NCBI GenBank assembly: GCA_000165425.1
Contig: CT868070.1
Location: 1-64,000, forward strand
Reading direction: 5' to 3'
DNA: 64,000 nucleotides
Source: Paramecium tetraurelia
Taxonomy: Eukaryota
Position 1 is the first letter of the stretch, and each line of letters begins with the position of its first letter. Both the position numbers and the translations under genes were made by a program. The notes beneath the pieces are model-generated. The model did not search any database. It was not told where the DNA came from and saw only the letters and a program-made list of their open reading frames with translations. Below are positions 27,431 to 41,700 of this stretch, piece by piece.

Positions 27431-30400
27431 AATACATAATATATGTTTCCTTTAAAAACTATTTCTCCATTTTGATTATTTACACCTTATAAGCTGCCAA
27501 TGATTTTATTTACAAAATTATTAAGAAAATTTTTCTTGTTAGAATTGAGAATTTCTTAAGGCTTCATCAAATTTAATCTAGATTATTTAAACTAACTCTG
27601 ACTATATTTTTACAAAAAATGATAATAATACTTTGAACTGAGCAATAATGGTTAAATTAACTATTTTATTTATTCCTGTTAGCTCTAATTGTTATTATAA
27701 TTATTTTATCTCCGCTTTCTTATTCAAGCTTTTAAAGTTAAATTATTATTCTGAACATTCCATGCATAAATCCAGGCAGATATTAGTATAAGCAATTAAC
27801 TATTTTTCTTTTTTAGATAGAATTTTCTTCAATGTTTAATTTGAGATAAGGATAGTAAATCCAGAATGAAAAGAATTGCTTGGATAATGGAGGTAAAAAT
27901 CGCATGAAACGTAGTTCTTTGATTTTATCCTATTGATAAAATCAGACTACATATAAACTTGCCTAAATTTTCATTTATTTTTGTATTACAACTCAAACGT
28001 TAAATCAGTATTTGGCAGTTAAAAATTATTTTTTCATAACTCTGATAAAGAATGGTTTTAGATAAATAATTAAAGTTGTATCAGGAATTCATCTAACTAA
28101 GGTTTTTGGACAAAAAATAATGAATACTAACTTTCCTTGATACAAGTGCTTCGAAATTAATATCCTCTAACTTTACTCGTGTGTAGCGGGAGGATAATCT
28201 TGCTTATAAGAGTCATAAATTTTGCAGCGTAGCAAAATTAGTATTTAAAAAGAATATATGTATGACCATAAAAACTATAGAAGTAGTAAAATTTGTACTT
28301 ATACAGTTAGAGTAACTACTTAGTGAATCAATTATGAAAACTTTTAATCTTTTCATTAAGATAAACACACAAACTATAATATTTTCATTTTTCTGGTAAG
28401 TAATTGCCTTCTGAGCTCTCCAGTGTACTTTTTTATGTAGAGACTTGATGAAAGCTTATCTAATGGTTGAAGTGTAGTTTTAAAGGGTAGGGCTGAGAAA
28501 TCTTTATGTGAGTAAGGAATTCATGACTAAAATAAATAAGAATTTGAAGATAGATTTGATAGTGATATTATTATTTAAGGGATAGGCTTTATTGATGAAG
28601 ATCTTACCAGCATTTGGTGTATAAATATTCTTGTTATACATGTTCTTTAAGAAACTTAGATAAAGTTCAAAATTTTTGAAAAGCTTATTTTTGGCATTAA
28701 GAAGTTGGTTCTCTATATCTGAATAATCATCTTTACTGTTCAGTACAACAAGTTCTCAGTTCTCAACATGTTAAGTATTTTTCATGTAAAAACTACAATA
28801 GTGCAGTACAAGCAATATACTTATCATTTTCATGGCTTGAAGATTTTTTATGTCTTACATTTATAAAATGATTTTTTTGATCTGTGAACACTAATATTAA
28901 TTTCGTGATAGATGTAGTGCTGGGAAGGTTATGAGAAATAGGTGTAGCAGTACGAAAGAGATGAAGAGTATTTATTGGAGAGAATATGAGGAAATGATCA
29001 GTATCATCTTTTATTAACTTAGAAATTGACGATTTCTCTATTTCCCTTTGAAGGGATTTTAATTTATTCAATATAGATGTGCCAAAATAGACATATTTAG
29101 AGTAAAATAAGCTTGGATTATAATAAAATAGTAGTAATATAAAGGTCAAGTTCTAACGAAAATCTGTATCTAAATTAATATATATTTATTTATTTAATTC
29201 TCATGCTTTGGAACTAGTTAGCATAATAAAAATTACGAGATTAAATAGTCTACTAATATACTTATATGTTAAAATCAGTTATATATTTTTTTTCTTTAGT
29301 TTGATTTGACCATACAGAAGATGACTAAAATATGAGATGTATAAGTTATGCTGGTAATAAATTTTATTATTTTATTGAGATCATTCGAATTATGATAACT
29401 GTAAAAAATCAATGAATCACATGTCAATTAATTTTGTTATTTATTTTAATCGTCAGTTTTTGCTTTACAATATTTATTTATAATGTTTGTTTACAAAAAT
29501 TTATCCATGCCGATTGAAATAATGATAAAAGGTTATTTTTACAGATAAAAGATCTAAAGATGAAGATAGAAGTATTTTATAGAATCAGTAATGTAAAACA
29601 TATTGCTTTGCAACATTGGCATATGGACCATATAGAAAGTGATTGTCCCTCAAATAATGATAATGGTGGTGTAAATATATGCTGTTTGAAGTTGGAGCTT
29701 AGTCATTCCAATTACTTTGATAATTTCACTCATACCTTTTTTCTAATCCTTAATCTAAGTTTCAACTTTTTTTAATCTGAATAATTAGAGATGAACCAGA
29801 GCACAAATGAAGCGGTGTATGATCTCTGAAATCTCTACACACTAAATTGAAAAAATACGGATATTTTTGTAAATGGAAAAGTGAGCAAGCCAATTACGAT
29901 GATATACAGTGCTCTAAGAAGTAAAATGCTATTGAAAAAAATAGGAAAGGAGATGGATGAACTTCATCTAAATATTAAAAAGAATAGAAAAAGGTAAGAA
30001 TCTGACTATCTTTTCGAATAGTCTAAGCCAGGATATTGGTCTCTGGTAAGATAAGTACCCTAGTCTAATTGTTTGATATATATATCATTAGTTTAATAGA
30101 GTACCCTTGATTAAAAATTAGTTTACATTTCTTTCAGTTTTTGTTAAATGAGTGGTTTTACTGCTTGTTTAGAATGATATTTTTTTGATTAGTACATTGA
30201 ATAAATCATAGTGAGAACTCTAAAGCTAATGAAAAATAATTGTTTTTTTATTCTGAATAAACAAAACCATAATAGATATTATTCTATTCAAACCATTTTT
30301 CACAAATTCCATAAGTATTATTACATTAAGTTTTAATTGAGATATCAATTATGACTTAAAAGTGGAACCAAATTTACTTAACAGCTACCTTAAAGATAGC

Positions 30401-30459
30401 ATTGCTATTATTCATTAACAGAAAACGAAGGGCCTCATTCTTTATTTTATGCTAAATGT

Positions 30460-31122
30460 TAAATTTTGCATCTATCCGATCACTGGATTGTAGAATATTT
30501 ATTATTTCATAAAAACACCATATGTCCTGCCGAATAGTGTATAAATGAGTATAAGATAGGGTTTCAGAAGTAGTTATGCTTTTTAGTTAGATTAACTGAT
30601 AATAATGATAACTTCATCCGGTCTACATTAGCATCTGTAGTAATGATAAGTTTATCCGTTTATGGGTGTTAGAACAGCAAACTCTTATCAAGATAATTTT
30701 TATAAAGATTTTTCTTTGTTTCAAATGACTTTTAAAGTCCATCCATTTAGAAAATGGTTATTACTTAAGCGGAATTGATCATACAATTCCAAGAATATGT
30801 CAAAATTCGAAATTGGAAGCTTAAGGAGCTTTAATGTTGAAAAGAGAATTTCTCAAAATTAAGTTATTGATTTGCGATAATTATTCAAATCTAAAGGCAG
30901 CTGCATTTTGGAATCTTTATAAAGTGAAATGTATTACAATTTAAATACATTCTAAATATCTCCTAAAATTGTTAATTAATCTGGTCTTTCCTTTCTTAGT
31001 TTCTCTGCTTTTTCATTTCTACAATCAAAAGTCATGAGTCAATTTAAAGATATGCCTGAATTTGTTATTTTTTCTTTGTCTAACTATTTATGTAAATTAT
31101 CAATATTGAAATCTATCAACTC
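30460..31122 (+). pseudogene. Inverted, decayed copy of the 3' end and downstream flank of the WD40 gene at 32.7-34.5 kb
   Basis: TLAS..DKFIRLW and LEAQGALMLKREF..DLRQLFKSKGSCILES segments; reverse complement matches ~32628-33160. Confidence 0.75.
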
Positions 31123-32691
31123 AGAAATTCTTTTTTAGAATATGTGTGACAATCTGTTTTCAAAATTATTCTCCTTCATAAAATTTGTTTAATTAAAACA
31201 ACGTCAACTTTCCACCACAGCTATCAAAATTTAGTACCTTATATTTTTTATATTTACCAAATGAGAATTTTCTTGATAAAAAAGTCAAATACATGAATCT
31301 CTTTAAATTAGCAGTTTATGAAGTTTCTATTGTGTATATTAATAACGGCTGAAAAACAATAAGAATAGAAGGGGTCAAGTGAGTGGAAATTAAGTTAATT
31401 TAGTCTAACATCCTTCCAGTAAAGTCTTCAATTATTTTCCCAGTCCAAAGAGTTCCAAATGCAACAATCCTTCAAAATCCTTATTCATCTAATCAAGAAT
31501 CAACAGATATACAAGGATCTAGTGAGGAGAATTTTATGCTAGCAGAAATAATTCTTCTTTACAATTGAGGAATCAAGGATTAAAGTAATCTTTAATGATT
31601 TAAATTAAAGGATGAGACAAATTTTTAGGCATCATCCTAAAAATATCTTAGAACATATGAAAAAAGTTACAAATGTCATGAAGTGGAGGAGGGACAACTT
31701 AAAGTAAGAAAAAATGAAGACAATATTTTAAATATTCTCAAAGATAAAGTGAAAAATCATTAAGAAGCAGCGATAGTACTGCATGGATTGAGAGTAGAGA
31801 GAGAAAGATGCCCGAATATTTGATGCCTAAACTAGGAATCTAAAAGAGATTCAAGTACTTCAATAATACAAAAATAATATTCTATAGAATATAAAGAAGG
31901 TAAAATAATAATAATCATAATAGTAATTATTTTGTTTCAGCCTCAAAATTTATTTTTAAATAATTCTCTTAAAGAAATTTTCTTGTAAACTCTAAGGAAT
32001 TTTTCTTTTAATTCCANNNNNNNNNNNNNNNNNNNNNNNNNNNNNNNNNNNNNNNNNNNNNNNNNNNNNNNNNNNNNNNNNNNNNNNNNNNNNNNNNNNN
32101 NNNNNNNNNNNNNNNNNNNNNNNNNNNNNNNNNNNNNNNNNNNNNNNNNNNNNNNNNNNNNNNNNNATCTCTAAAAAATAAAAAATTGAGAAGTTGTGAA
32201 TTTTCTAGAATTCGGTAACTGCTTATCCATTAACTATAAGGCTTTTTCATAAAAGAAATTTTCCTAATCATTTTTTTTGCATGAAAGAAAATTATGAATC
32301 TTTATAGTAAGGGTAGATTCATTTATTTTCTTAATAATAACTCAATAAATAAAAAAGTAAAAACGAAAAAATCATGTAAAGCAGTTACTTTTCAACCTTT
32401 AAGAATAATTATATTTATAATAATAGTCTATAATATAATTTATCTAATAGAATTAAGATGTAATTTTAATTATTTCAGTTTTAAGGAGTAATAGGTATTT
32501 TTTTCTAATTTATTTAATATTTTAAAAGTTAAGAAATATAATTTCTTGGAAGTGAAGTTAATTTAAAAATATAATAAATTAATTATTTGGCAATAAATAA
32601 TTAAGAATGTAAAAATTTTGAAAAATAGAGAATTGATTGATTTCAATATTGATATTTTTCATAATTAGTAGACAAAGAAAAAATAACAAAT

Positions 32692-34469
32692 TCAGACAAA
32701 CCTTTTAATTGATTCATGATTTTTGATTGTGGAAATGAACAAGCAGAAAAATTAAGAAAGGAAAGTCCAGATTAATTAACAATTTTAGGAGATATTTAGA
32801 ATGTATTTAAATTGTAATACATTCCCTCCTTATATAGATTCCAAAATGCAGCTGCCTTTAGATTCAAATAATTATCGCAAATCAATACCCTAATAATTGG
32901 CAAATTTCTCCTTTCAAGATTAAAGCTCCTTAAGCTTCTAAATTGGGATTTTAAGAAATTACCAAAATTATAATATTAGAAATTGCTATAGTATGGTTAA
33001 AAAAAATACCGTTTCTAGAGAACTTAATTAAGAATTGTTGAAGTTTAAAATTAAGCTAGAACATCTTTATAACGATTATCTGAAGATAAGATATATTATC
33101 CTGTCTTAACATCCCATAGTAGGATAGACTTATCTGAACTACCAGATGCTAACGTAGTACCATCAGGAGAGAAATAGATTGAATAAACAGCTTCTGAATG
33201 ATCATTCAATTTGGCTTATTATTATCCTGTTTTTACATCCCATAATCGGATAGAAGCATCATTACTACCAGATGCTATTGTTTTACCATCAGGAGAGAAA
33301 CAAACTGTATATACGCAATCCTCATGACCATCTAATTTGGCTTTTTATTATCCTGTCATTACATCCCATAAACGGATAGATTCATCTACATTGCCAGATG
33401 CTATCGTCGCACCATCAGGAGAGAAACAGACTGATATGACATAATTTGAATGACCATCTAATTTGCCTTGTTATTATCTTGTCATAACATCCAATAATCG
33501 GATGGAAGCATCATCACTACCAGATACTATTGTAGTACCTTTAGGAGAGAAACAGACTGAATTAACATCATTATTATGACTAATTAATTTTGATATTTAT
33601 TTCCCTGTTTTAAGATTCCATTAGTACAAAAATTCTCTTCCGCTGAATGCTAATGTAGTATTCTTAGGTGAGATACATACGGATTTCCCTCTCTCTTTAC
33701 TCTTCTTATAGACTTTATTTTTCCTTTTTTCACATCCCACAAACGAATAGATTTATCATTACTACAAGAAACTATTGTCTTACCATCTGGAAAAAGCAAA
33801 CTTAATAGATTTTATTACTATGACCAATTAACTTAATTCCCTCATGCAAACCTATATTTCCCCACCTACAATTAAATAATTTGGCTTAATTCAAATTCAC
33901 TCCACTAATAATGACGTTGTCCAGTTCGGATCCACTTAAGTCACATCTTACCAGGTTAGCTCCTATTAAGGAAATATTTTTAATTCTAATATTCTCAAAA
34001 CATTATTCCTTCAAATCAACTTTCATTTAAATTAGTAAATGAAGAGAATTAGATCAATCTCTCATCTAAGGCTGTAAGGTGAACTAAAAATTTTAGTAAT
34101 TATATAATCTTCTTAACTTAAAATATTTTTATGAACAGATCTTTTTTTAATTTCTTCATATTCATCTATCGAGAAATTCTGTTCATTAAATTCTTGATCC
34201 TTAATATTTAAGAACATCTGTAATCCTATTAATATCATTCTTTCAGCATTTAGCAATTATTCCTTTTCAAATAGTAAAGAATTTTCTAATTACTATATTT
34301 CCAATTCGACTTGGCTTAGATTTTGATATTATGAGAGGAATACTAGACAGTCCTGAATTTTCTCTCTCTTGAAGATTTTAATAAGAATAGGTATGACTTA
34401 TTTATCAACATCTTTAGATAATGCCAAAACCCCAGATAAATCTTCATCATACTCATTTTTACAATTCAT
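32692..34469 (-). pseudogene. Pentapeptide-repeat + WD40-repeat protein, frameshifted
   Basis: ATG 34469 (MNCKNEYDEDLSGVL...). Frameshift near 34055 at LTALDER/SNSLHLL, then FENIRIKNISLIGANLVRCDLSGSELDNV pentapeptide-like segment, about six WD40 units (VCFSPDGATIASGNVDESIRLWDV) and tail LEAQGALILKGEF..SKGSCILES. The first in-frame TGA is at 32692; the original stop was probably nearer 32826. Confidence 0.8.
33110..33830 (-). repeat. Tandem ~126-bp WD40-coding repeats (about 6 units)
   Basis: ccagatgcta..accatcaggagagaaa-like motif recurs at ~33141, 33267, 33393, 33519, then more degenerately at ~33642 and ~33764. Confidence 0.85.
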
Positions 34470-35249
34470 TTTTTTTTAATAGATATTATTGAATTTCTAT
34501 TACTTGATTTTGAGTTTTATCCACCACACAAATGATGAAAATTATCAGTCAAAACATCAATACCATAGCTTGCATTAATGATTCAATTAGGGAATGAAAT
34601 AGGTGATGAAATAAATTAATGTGATTTTTAATGCTAGCATACAATGGTGTCTAAATAAAATTCTCAAACTTGATAAAAAATACGATTTGATTTAAAATAC
34701 CATTTAAGCATTTTATTAAACCCTATGCTTTTCAATATCACATAAAAAAGTTAGTATGAAGTAGTTAAGTAGTTGAAAAAAAAATAATATCTTGTCCCTT
34801 TCTAAAAGCATTCTCCCTTGAAAACAAGCCAGCTCCGATAGCTTAATAGACATTTTCAAATATTACACTAAGAATTGTAGAAGAAAAACAAAATTAAATT
34901 TTATATAAACAATCACCTGCAGACTTTCCAGTTTCTCAAATTAAGGATGAGCTACTTGCAACTATCATTTTTTTTATTTTTTTTAAGGAAATGTTAGATA
35001 AGCAGCACAGATACCATCATTGACATGCATGTGAAATCAATTTGAACTTTAATTGTTGTAATAAATTAAGTGGAAAAATAGTTTAGGCATTATTAGCATT
35101 AATACCCCAACATAATAATATCCCACCAACCAAATTTACAATATTTTGAATTGTGATTGCAAGGATAGAAACATAATCTACCAATAAGTCCATGCAAAGT
35201 GCGGTGTTAGAAAATTTTGTAAACGAATGATAAGTAGAACAATTCTCCA

Positions 35250-35590
35250 CCAGTTCAAAGTGTTCGAGCTGAGTAAGATTTTTATAACGTTATAACTAAT
35301 AGGCTGAATCTTTCTTTTCTTGAAAATAATAAATAAATATTTAAGTGAAATAAAATTTAAAAAGATGAATATTTTTATATTATTATATTATGATTTTACA
35401 ATTGATCTATAAAAAATGAGGCAATATATGTAAACTCTATAAATCTTATAACAATCAATAATTAAATAGTTTATTCCAACAATTGTAATATGGGTTATGG
35501 TTTTTAAGGCGAGGCTATACTACAAGGATTTTCTAATATATAAAGATGTTTTATCAATAAGCAAGTATTCAAAATATTTTGTTTGCCAAC
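35250..35590 (-). repeat. Degenerate copy of the C-upstream region plus a piece of the 54671-55317 gene
   Basis: agttcaaagtgttcgagctga ~ 54251; gattttacaattga ~ 54378; atgggttatggtttttaag is identical to 54843-54861. Confidence 0.6.
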
Positions 35591-35705
35591 AATAATTGAA
35601 ATAATCGATTCTAAATTGCATTTGACATGATGTAAAAATGAAGAATATTATATTTATTATATTATATCACTTAATTTAATATGATCAAATTATTAAAATT
35701 TCTAT

Positions 35706-38700
35706 TCATTCTTAAGATTTTTTTTTTATCAAATTAGTTAAGGGATCATTGATAGGGTTGTTTTCACTATTTGTAGATAAAATCTATTATGGTTTCAATA
35801 ATACTAAATTGAAATCTCTAGGACTTAGAAAACCACTTGAAGAGCGATAAGTTGAAATTTGAGAAACTAAAACAGATACAAATCTAAATTACATTTCTAT
35901 CTTTCTATTCTACTACATTTTTATCTTACTTCAAAAAGATACTTCTTTATTTATTTAAATCTCTCAATCACGATCTTTCTCCTCTAGCCTTTATTTACTA
36001 ACCAACTCTCTAAAAATCGATGATACTACACTTTTTATTTCAGTTTCTCTCTAATATGATCCTTAATATTATCTATTAACTCCTCCTAAGATTCTAGATA
36101 TCCTTTAATTAAACTCTAAATAAAAGTCATCAATAAATAGATATTTGTTATAATTATAGACAATACGACAAGAGTATAAAAACTACTTGTTTGTGATAAT
36201 GAAAGTACTGCAAATAATGTAAAAGTGCATAACAACGTACTCTTTTATTCTAATTAATTTAAAATTATTGTTTTAAAAGGTAAAACCATTTAGTTGTAAA
36301 GAAATAGGCAAATTAAATAATAAATAATTAGTATANNNNNNNNNNNNNNNNNNNNNNNNNNNNNNNNNNNNNNNNNNNNNNNNNNNNNNNNNNNNNNNNN
36401 NNNNNNNNNNNNNNNNNNNNNNNNNNNNNNNNNNNNNNNNNNNNNNNNNNNNNNNNNNNNNNNNNNNNNNNNNNNNNNNNNNNNNTATATTTGGTTAAGT
36501 ATATTATAAATATTCCTGGTACAATAGCTCCAATAATGATTATTAGTATTATCAGATAAGGAATCCATTATTAATGAAGTGATGTATCAAATTAATAAGC
36601 CAAATCACCCTGTATCCATTTTATGCCTGATAATGTTCTAAATGATAATGAAGATATCAATAATTATATCACCTATATTTAGTAATAACAAAACAAATAT
36701 AAGACACAACTTTTTGGTACTACTTCATTATAAACGATCTTATTTAGAACTCTCAAAAAGAAGTATATAGATAAGTAGATCCATCCATAAAACAGTGGAC
36801 AAATTATACTATATATTATTTTCACATATATGAGTCCTTCTTAAAAATTCTAAGCCAAAAAGCAATCTGTTGTAACTAATAAAATAGTTTGAGAATTTCC
36901 AGTAATATTATAATAATCTTTAAATGCTTATGGAATTTCAACATTAAAATTTATTATGATAGCCAATATTTATAAATAATTTGTAAGCATTTTCATAAGT
37001 GGACCTGTTTGTTTATTATTGTTAATTATTAATTATCTTGTTCCTACTTTGTTTTTCTATAATTCTTATATGAGTTTTTCAACTCCACTTGTTGATAAAT
37101 AGATTGAAAGTAAATTCCTAAAATATTAAATATAAAATACCATAAGGTTATCAATATGATATAAATAATTTGTTTATCCAAATCTTCACACTTTTAACAT
37201 TAATATAATTTCTTAAGACTATATTAACCATATCCTCTTATATTGTATTAATCACAAGCTTCACAACAAGCACCTAATTAGCCAATTTCACAAGTCTCAT
37301 CTCCTTATCTCCATCCACCTAAACAGTTCTCAATCCTATTTTAGCAATATTCAATAATTTCACTATTTATATATGGTCTCCAATATCCAGATTTTAATTA
37401 AAGTTAAGCAGGTGTTATTGATGCTATTGTATCTTCATCCATAAATTAACAAGTTGTTGCATTGATAGTTACTGAATATTATTTCTTGTTAATGTCGCAT
37501 AAATGACAAGCATTATCTGTTAGATTCTTATATTCTCCATATTGACATGGGTAAGTATGAATGTATAAAATTAACTAATATTTAGAGTTGTAATCCATAA
37601 TCTAATAAGGAAAAATGTCTTCATAAATTGGGATTTAAACACTATTACAACTTACTTATAAGATTAGATTAGATTAATCATTTTCAGTCCCATAATAAAT
37701 AATTAAATCATCTAAATTATAATCTTATGTCTCTTAATCAAAATCTTTTCTATTATAATTTGTATAATTATTTGTAAAAACGATTTCTTAGGAGCCATAC
37801 TGGTACCCACTTTCAATTAAACATTCACTATTACTAAGATGAAATTGTTATTCATTATATGCATTTAAAGCTAAAACTCTCAATTTTAAATGTAAATGCT
37901 AGTATTCTTATTTATGTATATCAAAATATTAATAATTTTTAATTTATTAACCACTCGGTAATTTTAAGAACTATAATTCTGAGGAATTGGATTAATTAGT
38001 TAAGTAAGCATTAATCTGCCCATTTCTCAAAGAATTTAAAGTTGAAAATTACAAATTTTTGTACATTACTGTAAGTTAAGTTGAGTGAGATGAACTAATC
38101 TTACCATATATATATGCAGTGTTATTATTGAAATAGTTAAATGTTCTATTTAATTCAGGTAAACTTTGATTCCCTAGATATATTGCACCTCCTTCTTACG
38201 CTGTATTTGACATTATAAGATTATTCTGAAACAAAAGATTTGTAATTTCTCCATCATAATAAATACTTCCTCCTTATCGAATTGCTAGATTTTCACTTAA
38301 AATACTATTTGTTATTTTAAGACCAACTTATTTGCTAACTATGCATCCTCCTTTCTCTGCCTAATTTCTATAGCAAAACATATTGTCTAGTGATAACTTA
38401 GACATTATCTTTTATTCTTAACTTTGGAACTCTTACACGAAGCATAAGCATCCATTTTGACCACATTAATTATCCATTAACCATATATTTGATAAAATAA
38501 TATTTTCTGATTGCAACTCAATTAATTTAATAAAAAGAAGTCCTGATTAACATAATATGCACTAATTATTTGAAAATTAGCTTGATTTAATTGATATTGA
38601 ATCCTTATGTTTTACATTTGTTATTTAAAGTAAACTTTCAATCTATTTTTAAGGTACAGCTAAATGATCCTATAAATTTATTAATTCATAAATAGAATTT

Positions 38701-41700
38701 TTCAATATTAATATTTATTCAATTTGACAGTCTTATGACAGTTTTAATTAATCATCAATAACTTACTTTATTTAGATAGCTTACAGTTTTGGATCATCTT
38801 TGTACCATTTAACGTTTTTGATTTTGAGATCAGTAATGTCGATTTTGCATTTTTAATCTATTGAATATAATATTATAATAATACCTTCAGAAAAGCTAAT
38901 TTACATTATGGAATTCTAGTAATAAAATGAATAGTCTATTTCGATTGATGTCAAACTAACTTTGCTTTGATAATTCAACTATAAGAATATATTTAAATAT
39001 AACTGAACGAATAAATGTCTTAAAACAAGATATCCTTATTACATTGAAATCAAAGTAGTTTCATAATTTTAAAATAAACTAAACAAAGACCTAAATTTGG
39101 AATAACCCTCTATTGTTTATAAAATTCTGCAATTCTACATATAGAGTTATTAATTGTAGTTTAGGAAGTTAAGTTTGGCAATATTACCATCGTTTGAAAA
39201 GACATCCTAAAATGTCACATTAGTGAAATTGAAGTTAATTTATTAGGCAATTGGTTTCAGATATATAACACCACCTTCAGCAGTTCCAATAATTGTATCA
39301 TAAATAGAATCTAATATATCAATTTAGATATTAATGCTTCCATCAATAACATACAGGCAACCACCAAATGATTATTCTTCAGATATTTTAGTGTAGATAT
39401 TTTTAAATACAGAATTTCTGACGAGTAAATATCCTTCATTTTCTAATGTAATTTTAAAACATCCTGCAGATGTTGAAAAACTACCTTCAATATTTGTGTT
39501 TCTAAATTACACTGAGGAAGATATTAGTTAACCATTTCCACTTGTGTGATAGCACTTAAAATTAATTTTTGATTTATTCTAATGTTAAAGTATAAGGTTG
39601 ATATTTCCAATTTATGTGCTTCAAAAAGCTATCACCAATCTAATTATTTGAAGCAAAAGATGAATCAATTAGATTAACTTATTCAGCATTTATATATAAT
39701 AAACTATTTTCACTTTAAGAGACATAATTTTGGTTAAACTAGCAATTGATCAACTATATTTTCGAATTTTATGCAATTATATAGAATATTAAAGCTGAGT
39801 CAGACTCAGATTCTTTATAGTATGAATAGTAAATGTTATTATTAAATTTAGAATTTAGAATTTAGATATCTTATTATTATTCTGATTATATAAGAATTCC
39901 AGATATCTAATTAATAGTCTAACTCTTTTAGATGATGCAATTATCTAAATTCATGGAATCTATAACAATAGATTCAGATCTTCTAATAATTTAGGTTGCA
40001 ATAGAGATTATGTAGATCATAGGGAAATCCAAAAGAATAAGATTAGATACATAAAAGTTTTATATTTTAATATTTTATGCCTTTTAAATGATCAAAGTAG
40101 ATGTATATTTCGAATATGGATTAAGTTATGAACATTATTCATCTGCAATAATGCTTTTAAAGAAGTACTTTGAGTTTAATGAAATAGTAAAATTTGAAAG
40201 TACTAAGTTAATGGCTGAAGATAGTAAAAATTCTGTAATACCAATTGATCTGATGATTTTAATATCAGATATTTCAATTATGTTGGATTATATTAGAATA
40301 ATAGAGGAAATTGACTATAAATTGGAAACCAATTAAATATTATCATAAAGAGTGATTGTATCTAAAATAATATTTGACATCTTAACAGTACTAGTCAAAT
40401 CATTTGATACTAAATTTATAAGAATTGTTTTATCGTCGTGTTAAATCTAATTAACTTCAATATTCTCAAAAATGATAGATTGAAACTAGTAATCTTAAAC
40501 AAAATTAATAATTGAGCTATTCTTTAAACTACAAAACTTAATTTAATAGTCCTTATTAATTTATTCATTTGTTGTTTAAAATAGAATGAAATTTTAGAAT
40601 GTTGAATTTGTTAAAGAGATTCTGCTTATAATTAAACTTTTATAACAAAAAGTCTAGAATAAAGGCTGAATATTAGATAACAAGGAGAAAACGATCGATA
40701 TTTATGATATAGATCCTTACATAACTAGATATTAGTTATTTTTAATTTTCATAAATGAGCTAGAATAAAGATTGGAATTTATCATTAGAATGTTATTAAT
40801 ATAACAATTTGTAGTTTTTTAAAAGTAATTATCAAGTAAAATGATATTTGAATTATGCATCTTTGAATTTTGAATAGTAAATTGATCAATATTAATGTTA
40901 ATATATTGCTAGTTAACTGTATATTCGAAGTAAAATAAACTAGCGACAGATTATAGATTTATATTCTGTAGAGATAAGTTTTAAATCTATAATTCCTAGA
41001 GATTTGTGGATAAAATATTAAATGTTATTGGATTTAAATCTTCTTAATATTATTGTATAACTACTGAATTAAATAGTACTTTCAAAGCACTTAAAGATTA
41101 TAAATGAATATTCACAGTTGATTACAACTAAATTATTAGATTTTGTATTGAAATAGATTCGAAATTCAGTATTTCTAGATTTGAGTTAAGGAATAATGTG
41201 TATCCATTACCAATTAGAGTAATTTTTGCTGATGTGACAAAATAGATGTTTTAAATTAAAGTAGTGAAAATGTAGGAGTGAAAATCTATTGAGCAATCTT
41301 AAATGAAACTAAATTATAACTCAACTTCTTAAATTTGTTATATATTTAGATATGTATACAAATTTAGATTTTCGATTCTTCCAAAATTGCTTTAAGATTT
41401 ATTATTGGTTAATAGTTCATCAATTTTAACATTTTACTGTAGAAAATGCTATTTGTCTAAGGCCAATTCATGATGTTAATTAAATAGCTCTGTGTTACAA
41501 TAAAGGTTGAAATTCAATATAATTGAATTAGGATCTGTTCCAGTTTCACTCAATTTAAAGAATTATTAAAATTTAGTGTCATAATAATAGTCTTAAAAGC
41601 TTAACTAAGATTATAACATTAAACAAGCATGCGTAGAAGATTAGACATTAGAATTTGAGAAATATGGATTAGCACTTAATAATTAAGAATTAGTTTTAGG

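Noticed and set aside
29500..29760. Minus-strand KKGMSEIIKVIGMTKLQLQTAYIY, reminiscent of an ABC/FtsX permease
   Set aside because: Too short and interrupted by TGA; cannot be supported without a search.
33110..33830. Regularly spaced repeats resembling a CRISPR array
   Set aside because: The 126-bp period encodes WD40 units and the intervening sequences are homologous; eukaryotic context.
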